The translations under genes and the position numbers were made by a program. Below are positions 10,512 through 19,099 of a DNA stretch of 32,000 nt, piece after piece (position 1 is the first letter of the stretch; every line of letters begins with the position of its first letter). Below the pieces are notes generated by a model. That model ran no database searches and was not told the DNA's origin. It saw nothing but the letters and a program-made list of their open reading frames with translations. The DNA comes from an archaeon (GTDB lineage Archaea > Iainarchaeota > Iainarchaeia > Iainarchaeales > JANQMZ01), in NCBI GenBank assembly GCA_028279805.1, contig JANQMZ010000007.1, positions 1 to 32,000 on the forward strand, given 5' to 3'.

Positions 10512-10673
10512 TTATTCGCCCCAGTCTTCCTGTTCCTCAGGGGCTTTTTTAACTTTTAAAGGTTTAACGCTTGTTACCTCTAACTCTGCACCGCATTCAT
10601 TGCATTGAACTAATTCGTTTTCTTCAACATTTTCCAGAGTCAAAGAAGCTCCGCATTCAGTACATTCAGCCAT
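10512..10673 (-). CDS. lysW: LysW amino-group carrier protein, 53 aa (absent from the supplied ORF track)
   Basis: Translated from the reverse strand: MAECTECGASLTLENVEENELVQCNECGAELEVTSVKPLKVKKAPEEQEDWGE*. Two CxxC zinc knuckles and the diagnostic C-terminal EDWGE. Confidence 0.95.
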   Translation of the reverse strand: MAECTECGASLTLENVEENELVQCNECGAELEVTSVKPLKVKKAPEEQEDWGE

Positions 10674-10793
10674 AAGCGTTCACCAAATTCAAATAATGAA
10701 ACTATTTTTTCCCTCAGAACCTATTTAAAACTATCGAAAAACGTATCAAAAACCCTTTAAATACAATTTAATTAATTTTAGTTTGGTGTTTTT

Positions 10794-11744
10794 TTGATGA
10801 ATTTTAAAGGAGCAATTTTATCAGGAACATTGTCAAGATCCCCTGAAACAATTAAAATTCACAGGCTTTTAAGGGACGGGCATGCAAAAAAAACAGATTT
10901 TGAAAAAGCTGTTGAAAAAGATTCAAATCAGATAATTCAGGCTCAAAAAAATTTTGCATTTGTTTCAGGAGGCCAGTTAAACTGGCTTGACCTGTTAAGG
11001 CCTATTGCTTCAAATTTTAAGGGGTTTGCAAAAGGAAAATCTGAAAAAGAAGATTCGGTGGGACCTGTAACCAGGTGGTTCAGGACAAACACTTTTTACA
11101 GAAAACCAACAATTGTTGAAAAAATTTCATCAAACGGAAAAGAATTATCACAAAATTTGCCAAAAATTGAAAACAATAACGGAATTTTGTTTTTATTAGG
11201 GCCTTATTCTTTTTCAAAACTTGTTCAGAATTCTTTTTATGAAAATGAAAAAGAACTAATTTTAGATTATGCAAAAGCAATAAACCAAAACATTTCAGAT
11301 TTAAAACAAAAAGGTTATGGTGCAATATTTTTTTCAGAGCCCTCTATAGGATTTGATTTTTCAAAAAAAGAACTGAAAAAAGAAATGTTTTTTGAAGAAT
11401 TTGCTTCAAACATTAAAGAAATTTTAAAAGGAATAAATTTTCCGTTAACAGACGCTTCAAATTTTTTTCCCTTAATTGAAGAAACAGATTTTGATTTTGT
11501 GGGAATTGACTGTATTTTTTCAGATTTTGAAAAAATTAAAACAAAAAAAAATGTTTTTCTTGGTTTAACTGATGGGTCAAGAATAGGAGTTGAAAGCCTG
11601 GAACAAATTAATAAAATTGTTCAAAATTTTAAACAAAAAGCTTCCGCCAAAGACTATTTTATCGGCCCTAATGACAGGCTTTTTGATGTTCCTTTTGAAC
11701 AGGGTTTGAAAAAAATAAAAATTCTTTCAGATTTTAAGGAGTAA
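10794..11744 (+). CDS. MetE-like (cobalamin-independent methionine synthase family) partner protein
   Basis: N-terminal SGTLSRSPETIKIHRLLRDG and VGPVTRWFRTNTFYRKP; TIM-barrel-like C-terminal part; directly upstream of the core MetE gene. Confidence 0.7.
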   Translation: MMNFKGAILSGTLSRSPETIKIHRLLRDGHAKKTDFEKAVEKDSNQIIQAQKNFAFVSGGQLNWLDLLRPIASNFKGFAKGKSEKEDSVGPVTRWFRTNTFYRKPTIVEKISSNGKELSQNLPKIENNNGILFLLGPYSFSKLVQNSFYENEKELILDYAKAINQNISDLKQKGYGAIFFSEPSIGFDFSKKELKKEMFFEEFASNIKEILKGINFPLTDASNFFPLIEETDFDFVGIDCIFSDFEKIKTKKNVFLGLTDGSRIGVESLEQINKIVQNFKQKASAKDYFIGPNDRLFDVPFEQGLKKIKILSDFKE

Positions 11745-11750
11745 AATATT

Positions 11751-12911
11751 ATGGAAAAAATGTTTTTAACACAGGAAATTGGCAGCATTCAGAGGCCTAT
11801 TTGGAGGCAAAAGCTTAATGTTGCTGCAAAAAAAGAATGGATTGATTCAGCCTTAAAATGGGGTGAAACTTTTGAAGTTGAAGAAAGAAAAGAACTCAAA
11901 GGTTTGCTGGAAAAAACTGAAAAAACGCCTGAAGAAAAACAACGCGTTATTGACATTGCAACAATTTATGTAATAAAAATGTTTGAAAAAGCCGGTTTGG
12001 ACAGAATTTATAACGGAGAACAGCCAAGAACAGAAATGTATGATGTTTTTGCAAAAAATACATCGGGAATTACAAGTGCTGGTTTTGTAAATTCTTTTGA
12101 TGCCAATTATTTCAGAAAAGGAATTATTGAAAATAAAGTTTTAATTAAAAAAAATGCTGTTGACTGGTTTGAAAGAGAATTAGAATTTGTTCAGAAATAT
12201 TCGGATAAAATTGTAAAACCATGTTTAACTGGCCCGTATACTATGACTGACTGGTCTTATGTTGAATTTTACAGAAAATTGCATGAAAAAAAAGGAGAAA
12301 ATTCTTTAAAAGCATTAAAAAAAGGAAGAATGGATGCTGCTTTGGATTTTGCTAAAAATGTTTTAAACCCTGTTGTTAAAAAATGGGTTAAAGCGGGAGC
12401 AACAATTGTGCAGATTGATGAACCTGCAGCTTCAACAAATGAACAGGAATCAGATATTTTTGTAGAATCAGTTAATGAAGCTTTTAAAGGCATTCCAAAC
12501 AAAGTTGAAAAAGCTGTGCATTTGTGTTACAGCAATTATCCGGCATTGTTTCCTGAACTTGCTGAATGCAAAGCCGATTCTTATTTGATTGAATGTACAA
12601 ATCATGCTGCAGGAAAAGAATTTGGCGCTAAAAGTGTTAACCCTAAAGCTTATGATATTATTAACTTGTTTAATGAGCACAGCATGAATGTAAATATTGG
12701 TGCAGGCGTAATAGACATTCATTCTGATCTGATTGAAAGTCCTGAATTGATTCGTGACAGGTTACTGCATGTTGCAAAAGCTTTGGGTGATTCAAGCAGA
12801 GTTCATGTAAACCCTGATTGTGGTTTGAGGACAAGAACATGGAGCATTGCTTTTCCAAAACTTGTTAACATGGTTAAAGGAGCCGAATTAGCCAGAAAAA
12901 CAGTTGAATGA
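11751..12911 (+). CDS. metE: Core (C-terminal-type) cobalamin-independent methionine synthase
   Basis: QEIGSIQRPIWR, PCLTGPYTMTDWS, ATIVQIDEPAAS, VHLCYSNY, INVGAGV-like NVNIGAGVIDIHS, VHVNPDCGLRTRTW. Confidence 0.88.
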   Translation: MEKMFLTQEIGSIQRPIWRQKLNVAAKKEWIDSALKWGETFEVEERKELKGLLEKTEKTPEEKQRVIDIATIYVIKMFEKAGLDRIYNGEQPRTEMYDVFAKNTSGITSAGFVNSFDANYFRKGIIENKVLIKKNAVDWFERELEFVQKYSDKIVKPCLTGPYTMTDWSYVEFYRKLHEKKGENSLKALKKGRMDAALDFAKNVLNPVVKKWVKAGATIVQIDEPAASTNEQESDIFVESVNEAFKGIPNKVEKAVHLCYSNYPALFPELAECKADSYLIECTNHAAGKEFGAKSVNPKAYDIINLFNEHSMNVNIGAGVIDIHSDLIESPELIRDRLLHVAKALGDSSRVHVNPDCGLRTRTWSIAFPKLVNMVKGAELARKTVE

Positions 12912-13786
12912 TTAAAATGTTTAAATCAAAAATTTTGTTTGAAATTGTTTCACCCAGCAGAATGTCTTCAGACAAGCACAAAGAAAAAGTGTTAAATTCT
13001 CTTGCTGAACAGATTCTGGAAATAAAAAATATTGATTTTTTAAACATTCCCGAAATTGTTGATGAAAACTGGGAAGGGCAGCCAAATTACAGAAACATGA
13101 ATCCCAGAAAATTTGCACACAAACTTTTTGAAAAAACCCGGATAAAATCAATTGTTAACAAAGTTGTAGCTCATTTAAACGGTGAAAAAGGATTCAAAGA
13201 ATGGCTTGATGAAACCATTTCAGAATATAAAATAAAAGAATTTGTTTTTGTAGGCCCCAACACTGATGTTCATTCTTATCCCGGGCCAAGTGTTTTAAAA
13301 GCAAACCAGATTGCCAAAAAAATTCCAAAAGTTTTAGTTGGAAATATTTTAATTCCTTTAAGGCAGAATGAAGCTTTAAAAGTTTTTGAAAAAACAAAAT
13401 CAGGAGCTGATTTTTTTACAACACAGGTTTTGTTTGAATCTGAAAAAATAAAAAAAGTTTTGTCAGAATATGATTCTCTTTGCAAAAAAGAAAAAATAAA
13501 ACCGGCTAAAATTTTTTTAGGATTTTGCCCGGTTTCAACAAAATATGATGTTGAATTTTTAAAATGGCTTGGTGTTGAAATTCCTGAAAAAACTGAAAAA
13601 GATTTGCTGGCTGACAATGCTTTAATGGCTCAAAAATCCCTTAACGCTGTCAAAAGTGCATGGGAAGATGTTAATGCTTTTGTTAACGACAACAACATTT
13701 CCGTTCCAATCGGCTTAAACATTGAAGAAATTTTTTTACATAACCTGCCTTACTGCAAAGAATTAACAGATGCTTTGACTATTTAA
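12908..13786 (+). CDS. Methylenetetrahydrofolate reductase-like TIM-barrel protein
   Basis: KILFEIVSPSR; GADFFTTQVLFESEKIKKVL resembles MetF-type FxTQxxF motifs; 4-bp overlap with metE. Confidence 0.55.
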   Translation: MIKMFKSKILFEIVSPSRMSSDKHKEKVLNSLAEQILEIKNIDFLNIPEIVDENWEGQPNYRNMNPRKFAHKLFEKTRIKSIVNKVVAHLNGEKGFKEWLDETISEYKIKEFVFVGPNTDVHSYPGPSVLKANQIAKKIPKVLVGNILIPLRQNEALKVFEKTKSGADFFTTQVLFESEKIKKVLSEYDSLCKKEKIKPAKIFLGFCPVSTKYDVEFLKWLGVEIPEKTEKDLLADNALMAQKSLNAVKSAWEDVNAFVNDNNISVPIGLNIEEIFLHNLPYCKELTDALTI

Positions 13787-13864
13787 TCAGTCGATTTTTT
13801 CTCTTGTCAGAAAAAAAGTTTTTTCATAGTAACATATTTATATTTCAAATTTTAAAGATTTAGA

Positions 13865-14368
13865 ATGAAAAAGAAAAAAGTTGTTGCCAGTAATAAACTG
13901 CAGAAAAAATACACTTATTTTTTAACTGAGCCCACTGGCAAAAAATTTGACTCTGAATTTAAACCTGATTTGACACCCAAGCAAATGCTTAGACTGGGTG
14001 TTTTTGGCGGAGTCTATTTAACTGATTCAAAAAGAGAATTTCCAAAAGACTGGTTTGTTAAAGTAAAATTTTCTGATAAAAAAAACCCTGAACTGAATTA
14101 TTTTAAAGTTAGTGCTTCCCAGCCTTTATCTGTCTGGAGAAAAAAAGGCTGGATTTATCGTGAAGATCCTCGCGGCTGGTTTCAATGGTATTGCCGCTAT
14201 TATATGGGCAGAAGATGCAAAGATGACTCAAGGCAAATTAAAAGATGGAAAGCAATGAAAAGGCACGTTGCCCAAATTAAAAAAAACTGTAAAAAGAAAG
14301 ATTTTGACTGCAGACCCAAACAAAGACAGGCTTTATTGCATTGGGCGTATGACAGCAGAAAACTTTAA
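13865..14368 (+). CDS. Basic, Trp/Tyr-rich uncharacterised protein
   Basis: Long ORF with dense aromatic/basic motif PLSVWRKKGWIYREDPRGWFQWYCRYYMGRRCKDDSRQIKRWKAMKRHV. Confidence 0.6.
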   Translation: MKKKKVVASNKLQKKYTYFLTEPTGKKFDSEFKPDLTPKQMLRLGVFGGVYLTDSKREFPKDWFVKVKFSDKKNPELNYFKVSASQPLSVWRKKGWIYREDPRGWFQWYCRYYMGRRCKDDSRQIKRWKAMKRHVAQIKKNCKKKDFDCRPKQRQALLHWAYDSRKL

Positions 14369-14436
14369 CAATAAAACTTAAAACATAGTGTTTTCATATT
14401 ATGCTATTAAAATAATTAAAGGAGTTTTGAGTGTTT

Positions 14437-14997
14437 ATGGCATCCGGTAAAAAGCATAATAAGGAGGCTTGGAAAAAGTTTCTGAAAAGACATTTGAAAA
14501 TGTCATTGTTAATGATTGCCGGAATTATAACCGCTATTGCTGCTGCGATTTTTGTGTTTCTGCAGGTTGCAGCTAATTTGCAATCAGCCGGCTTGGTGCC
14601 AACAATGCTTGGGCAATGGACAGTAGATTTTCTTGTAACATTCATTTTGCATTTGATTTTTTGGGAAATTGTTTTTGTGGCAAGCTGGGTAGCTCCAATT
14701 GCTTTGATAATATATTTTAAATGGTACAAAAAACTTCCAGCCGGAGAACGCAAAGAGTATGAAGATTCTAAAAGCCGCAGTTCGGATAATGGAACCATGT
14801 CTTTTTTTGCCAGTTTGTTATGGCTTGGCATTGTATGGTTTTATGGTTTCTGGAATCTGCCTTTTGCGGAATGGTCATTCAATGACTGGATTTACACATG
14901 GGTGGCATCCTGGCTAATTGTTTTGGCTGTTGCCGGAGTTTTGGGAACAGCATGTCTGATGTATTTTTTAAGCACGGAGAAAAAACTTAAAAAATAA
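14437..14997 (+). CDS. Integral membrane protein, unknown function
   Basis: About four hydrophobic segments; AAAGGAG upstream. ATG at 14437 or the upstream start in the track are both possible. Confidence 0.6.
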   Translation: MASGKKHNKEAWKKFLKRHLKMSLLMIAGIITAIAAAIFVFLQVAANLQSAGLVPTMLGQWTVDFLVTFILHLIFWEIVFVASWVAPIALIIYFKWYKKLPAGERKEYEDSKSRSSDNGTMSFFASLLWLGIVWFYGFWNLPFAEWSFNDWIYTWVASWLIVLAVAGVLGTACLMYFLSTEKKLKK

Positions 14998-15011
14998 AAA
15001 AACAGGACACA

Positions 15012-15022
15012 GTTTATAAATT
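15012..15022 (+). promoter_or_regulatory. TATA-like element for the candidate C/D sRNA
   Basis: TTTATAAAT-type sequence about 25-30 nt upstream of the predicted RNA 5' end. Confidence 0.5.
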
Positions 15023-15042
15023 CTTAAATACCCATTTATAAC

Positions 15043-15135
15043 AGCAATGATGAGGTTAACACCGACTGACTTTTTTGGTAAAGCTTTTTGCTTGCAAAAA
15101 GGTTTGATGATACAACCTAACTCTGAGCTTTTTTA
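15043..15135 (+). ncRNA. Candidate box C/D guide sRNA
   Basis: C box ATGATGA 15047-15053; 12-nt guide GGTTAACACCGA 15054-15065; D' CTGA 15066-15069; C' TTGATGA 15104-15110; 12-nt guide TACAACCTAACT 15111-15122; D CTGA 15123-15126; short terminal AGC/GCT pairing; T-run afterwards. Confidence 0.82.
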
Positions 15136-15179
15136 AATCCAAAATATTTTTTAATCACTGATGCGCTTATTATCTCATT

Positions 15180-15497
15180 ATGGTAGTTCCAGGTAAAAGA
15201 AGAAGTCATACGAACGGTGCTGGCGGAGCAAGAATTGTCAGGCAAAATAATATTTCGTCCCGAAAAGAACGTTTTTCAAATGCTTTTACCAGTTTTTCTT
15301 CTGCTCCTCTGCTTGCAAATAGGAGAAAAGCAGTGCTTGCTGCTAAAGAAGCAAGAGAACTAGGCGTGCCTGCTCATGAACTAATTTTGTCAGTAAATGT
15401 TAATATTCGGGAAAAAAGAAACAGGTTCAGGGAAATTTTGAAAGCCGCCGGTTATAACCTAGTTGAAATTGACGCAGCAATCAGCAGAAGAACCTGA
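15180..15497 (+). CDS. Small basic hypothetical protein
   Basis: 105-aa ORF, MVVPGKRRSHTNGAGGARIV...; no recognised family. Confidence 0.5.
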   Translation: MVVPGKRRSHTNGAGGARIVRQNNISSRKERFSNAFTSFSSAPLLANRRKAVLAAKEARELGVPAHELILSVNVNIREKRNRFREILKAAGYNLVEIDAAISRRT

Positions 15498-15541
15498 TTT
15501 TTTCTATAATATTTTAAACACGTTTATTATTTTTTTATTTT

Positions 15542-16084
15542 ATGGTTAAATTAACGGGGGAAAAAATAATTCTCAGAACATTAAAAGAGTCTGATTATTT
15601 GTCCATTCATAAAAATGTTAACGACAGAGCAATTGCAAGATATACTTTAAGAATTTCTTATCCCAATACCAAAAAACATTCAAAAGAGTTTATTAAAGAA
15701 ACACGGAAAAATTTAAGAAAAAAAACAGCATACGAGCTTGGAATTCAGCTAAAAGAAAATTCTGATATTATCGGAATTATGAGTTTGATGAATGTTAACT
15801 GGCAGGATAAAAACGCGGAAATCGGTTACTGGATTGGAAAAAAATTCTGGAGAAAAGGCATAGCTTTTGAAGCCTTGAATTTGATTTTAGAATTTGGTTT
15901 CAAAAAACTGAAACTGAAAAGAATTTTTGCAGGAGTTTTACATCCCAACAAAAAATCTGCAAACCTGTTAAAAAAAGCGGGATTCAAATTTGAAGGCAGG
16001 TTAAAAAAAACAAGATATAAAGACAAAAAATGGTTTGATGAATTAATGTATGCAATGCTAAAAGAAGAATTCACAACAAAATAG
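15542..16084 (+). CDS. GNAT acetyltransferase (RimJ/RimL-like)
   Basis: EKIILRTLKESDYLSIHKN, IGYWIGKKFWRKGIAFEALNLILEFGFKKLKLKRIFAGVLHPNKKSANLLKKAGF. Confidence 0.87.
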   Translation: MVKLTGEKIILRTLKESDYLSIHKNVNDRAIARYTLRISYPNTKKHSKEFIKETRKNLRKKTAYELGIQLKENSDIIGIMSLMNVNWQDKNAEIGYWIGKKFWRKGIAFEALNLILEFGFKKLKLKRIFAGVLHPNKKSANLLKKAGFKFEGRLKKTRYKDKKWFDELMYAMLKEEFTTK

Positions 16085-16154
16085 CTACTTGTTTGTGAGT
16101 ATCAAAACATTTTTAAGTATCTGCTGGCTATTTTTTTGTTAAAGGTGGCTTGTT

Positions 16155-16631
16155 TTGAAAATCGGTATTGCTGACACTATGTTTGCCCGTGTTAATATGG
16201 CTGAAGCTGCGTTGAAAGCAGTTGAACAGGAAAAAAAATCCAAAGGATTGGAAATTCAAGTGGAACGTTATACGGTTCCCGGTTTTAAGGATTTGCCTGT
16301 TGCCTGCAAAAGGCTTTTTGAGGATTTTAACTGTGATGCGGTTGTTGCTTTGGGCTGGTGCGGTGCTGAAAAAATTGATGAACAATGTGCCCATGAAGCT
16401 AACCTGGGCTTAATGAGTGTTCAGATTGAGGCAAAAAAACATATTTTAACTGCTTTTTTTCATGAAACTGAGACAAATGAGCTGGAAAAACAAAAAAAGA
16501 TTGCCTGGAACAGAGCTTTTGACCATGCTTTGAATGCAATTGCTTTGGTTAAAGGAAAAGAAGAATTGTCACAAAATGCCGGTCAGGGTGTAAGGCAGGG
16601 TTATGAAAATGCTGGAGAGATTGAAGCATGA
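16155..16631 (+). CDS. ribC: Archaeal-type riboflavin synthase
   Basis: MKIGIADTMFARVNMAEAA, RYTVPGFKDLPVACKRLFE, VVALGWCGAEKIDEQCAHEANLGLM. Confidence 0.92.
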   Translation: MKIGIADTMFARVNMAEAALKAVEQEKKSKGLEIQVERYTVPGFKDLPVACKRLFEDFNCDAVVALGWCGAEKIDEQCAHEANLGLMSVQIEAKKHILTAFFHETETNELEKQKKIAWNRAFDHALNAIALVKGKEELSQNAGQGVRQGYENAGEIEA

Positions 16632-17047
16632 GTGAAAGAATTGCAATTGTTGTTTCAGAATTTTATTATGACATTGCTGAGGATATGCTGAATGCGGCTG
16701 AAGCAAAAATAAAAGAATGGGGTGCAACTGTTTCAAATGTTTTTAAAGTTAAAGGAAGTTTTGACATGGTTTTGCCTGTTCAAAAACTGATTCAGAGAAA
16801 AGATGTTGATGCTGTTGTTGTTCTTGGTGCCATTGTTAAAGGTGAAACAAAACATGATGAAATTATTGCACAAGCCATTGCTTCAAAAATTTTGGACATT
16901 TCTGTTGAAACAGAGAAACCAATCGGTTTTGGAATATCTGGACCGGGAATGAATTTAGGGCAGGCTAAAGTAAGAGCGGGAGATAGTGCTGAAAATGCGG
17001 TAAATTCTGTTATTCAGAATCTGCGAGGGTTAAGTGAGTTGAAATGA
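16628..17047 (+). CDS. ribH: 6,7-dimethyl-8-ribityllumazine synthase
   Basis: IAIVVSEFYYDIAEDML, VKGSFDMVLPVQKLIQRKDVDAVVVLGAIVKGETKHDEII, KPIGFGISGPGM. Confidence 0.94.
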   Translation: MSERIAIVVSEFYYDIAEDMLNAAEAKIKEWGATVSNVFKVKGSFDMVLPVQKLIQRKDVDAVVVLGAIVKGETKHDEIIAQAIASKILDISVETEKPIGFGISGPGMNLGQAKVRAGDSAENAVNSVIQNLRGLSELK

Positions 17048-17664
17048 GTTTTGATTCTATTGAAGAAGCAATTCAGGATTTTAAAAATGGAAAAATGCTA
17101 ATTTTGGTTGATTCTCCTGACCGGGAAAATGAAGGGGACTTAATTGTTGCCGGGGAAAAATGTACGCCTGAACATGTTAATTTTATGATTTCACATGGAA
17201 AAGGATTGGTATGTGTTCCCATTACCCAAAACAAAGCAAAAAAACTTGGATTGAAAAAAATTGCTTCAAAAAATGAGCAAATGAGAACAACAAATTTTTC
17301 GGTTTCGGTTGATGCAGTTGAAACATCAACAGGAATTTCAGCTTTTGAAAGGGCTTTTACAATTCAGCAGCTTGCAAATGGTGCAACGGAAAAAGATTTT
17401 GTGCAACCGGGGCATGTTTTCCCCATTATTTCCAAAAAAAATGTTTTTGAAAGGCAGGGGCATACTGAGGCAACAATTGAATTCTGCCGGCTGGCAGGCT
17501 TAAAGGAAATTGGTGTTGTTTGTGAAATCATTAAAGATAATGGCAAAATGGCCCGCGTTCCGGATTTGGTTGAATTTAAGAAAAAGCATAATCTGAAAAT
17601 GGTTTCAATTTCTGATTTAATTCAATATTTAAAAAAAGAAAAGAAAAGCATTGCTTCAATGTAA
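17044..17664 (+). CDS. ribB: 3,4-dihydroxy-2-butanone 4-phosphate synthase
   Basis: MLILVDSPDRENEGDLIVAGEKCTPEHVNFMISHGKGLVC, FSVSVDAVETSTGISAFERAFTI, GHVFPI, GHTEATIEFCRLAG. Confidence 0.95.
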   Translation: MSFDSIEEAIQDFKNGKMLILVDSPDRENEGDLIVAGEKCTPEHVNFMISHGKGLVCVPITQNKAKKLGLKKIASKNEQMRTTNFSVSVDAVETSTGISAFERAFTIQQLANGATEKDFVQPGHVFPIISKKNVFERQGHTEATIEFCRLAGLKEIGVVCEIIKDNGKMARVPDLVEFKKKHNLKMVSISDLIQYLKKEKKSIASM

Positions 17665-17700
17665 GGTTTTAAATTTTTTTCAATGAGTGTTTTTATTATG

Positions 17701-17991
17701 GCAAAATTTTCAGATTTTTTTGTTGAAGAAAAAGAAAGAGAATTAAACCAAGATGAAATAAAGGCTTTAAAGCGTTTTAAAGCTGTTTTAATGCAGCCAA
17801 TGTTTTTTGACAAGCTTTATGCAAACATGCTTGACTATATTCCTGATTCGCAGGATTCGGATGAAAACAAAAAATGGCTTCAGGAAACTTTAAATAAAAT
17901 AACTCAGAATCTTGATGAAAAACCAAAAACAACATATGTTAAACTTGTTGAAAGGCTTGAAAAACTTTTCAGAATATGGAGACCTCTTTGA
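17701..17991 (+). CDS. Small hypothetical protein
   Basis: ORF starting MAKFSDFFVEEKERELNQDEIKALKRFKAVLMQPMFFDKL; no recognised family. Confidence 0.5.
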   Translation, partial: AKFSDFFVEEKERELNQDEIKALKRFKAVLMQPMFFDKLYANMLDYIPDSQDSDENKKWLQETLNKITQNLDEKPKTTYVKLVERLEKLFRIWRPL

Positions 17992-18044
17992 CAAGCATTT
18001 AAAACATTTCTTTTCAGTATTTTAATGATTTTTTGGGGAAAAAA

Positions 18045-19049
18045 ATGGTTAAAGTTGCAATAAACGGTTTTGGAAGAATTGGAAGGCTTTTTTTCAGAGC
18101 TTCTCTTGAAAACAAAAATGTTGATGTTGTAGCTGTAAACGATTTAACTGATAATAAAACTTTGGCTCATTTGTTAAAATACGATTCTGTTCAAGGCAAG
18201 CTTGATGCTGATATAAGTTTTGATGAAAAAAATATTATTGTTAATCGTAAAAAAATTTTAAGCTTGTCTGAAAAAGAGCCTGAAAATCTTCCGTGGAAAG
18301 ATTTGGGTGTTGACATTGTAATTGAGTCAACAGGAGTTTTCAGGACAAAGGATTTGGCTTCAAAACATTTGAATGCGGGAGCAAAAAAAGTTATTTTGTC
18401 AGCGCCTCCGAAAGGCGATAATATTAAAATGGTTGTAATGGGAATAAATCATGAAGAATATAATCCCGATGAACATGAAATTATTAGTAATTGTTCGTGT
18501 ACAACAAATTCTTTGGCTCCGGTTGTAAAAGTTTTGGATGAAAATTTTGGAATTGAAAAAGGTTTTATGACAACAGTTCATGCTTATACCGGCGGGCAAA
18601 ATCTTTTGGACGGCCCTCATAAAGATTTGAGAAGAGCGAGAGCGGCTGCTGTGAACATTGTGCCGACAACAACCGGTGCGGCTAAAGCTGTTACAAAAGT
18701 TTTTCCTCATCTGGAAGGAAAACTGGACGGAATATCTGTTCGTGTTCCAATTCCGACAGGGTCTGTTACGGATTTTACTGTTGTGTTAAAAAAAGATGTT
18801 ACAATTGAAAAAATTAACAATGCCATAAAACAGGCTGCAGAAAAAGAATTAAAAAAAATTTTAAAATATTCTGAGGAAGAGCTTGTCAGTTCGGATATTG
18901 TGCATGATTCTTTTTCAAGCGTTTTTGATTCAAAACAGACTTATGCAATAGGCAATTTGATAAAAGTATTATTGTGGTATGACAACGAATGGGGTTATAG
19001 CTGTAGGCTGGTTGAATTAGCTGAATTTATGGCAAAAAAAGGCGTTTGA
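18045..19049 (+). CDS. gap: Glyceraldehyde-3-phosphate dehydrogenase, class I (bacterial/eukaryotic type)
   Basis: VKVAINGFGRIGRLFFRA, ISNCSCTTNSLAPVVKVL, TTVHAYTGGQNLLDGPHKDLRRARAAAVNIVPTTTGAAKAV, YDNEWGYSCRLVEL. Confidence 0.96.
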   Translation: MVKVAINGFGRIGRLFFRASLENKNVDVVAVNDLTDNKTLAHLLKYDSVQGKLDADISFDEKNIIVNRKKILSLSEKEPENLPWKDLGVDIVIESTGVFRTKDLASKHLNAGAKKVILSAPPKGDNIKMVVMGINHEEYNPDEHEIISNCSCTTNSLAPVVKVLDENFGIEKGFMTTVHAYTGGQNLLDGPHKDLRRARAAAVNIVPTTTGAAKAVTKVFPHLEGKLDGISVRVPIPTGSVTDFTVVLKKDVTIEKINNAIKQAAEKELKKILKYSEEELVSSDIVHDSFSSVFDSKQTYAIGNLIKVLLWYDNEWGYSCRLVELAEFMAKKGV

Positions 19050-19099
19050 ATTTTTTTAATGCAAATCTTTTTTTATGATTAAATTCATTAATTTGTTAC

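Noticed and set aside
14369-14430. Short intergenic region with AT-rich near-palindromes
   Set aside because: Contains only ordinary AT-rich promoter and ribosome-binding sequence; no supported structure.
16079-16154. Possible riboflavin riboswitch or regulator leader upstream of ribC
   Set aside because: No FMN riboswitch-like conserved elements seen; only a weak ATAGC/GCTAT pairing followed by a T-run, compatible with a terminator.
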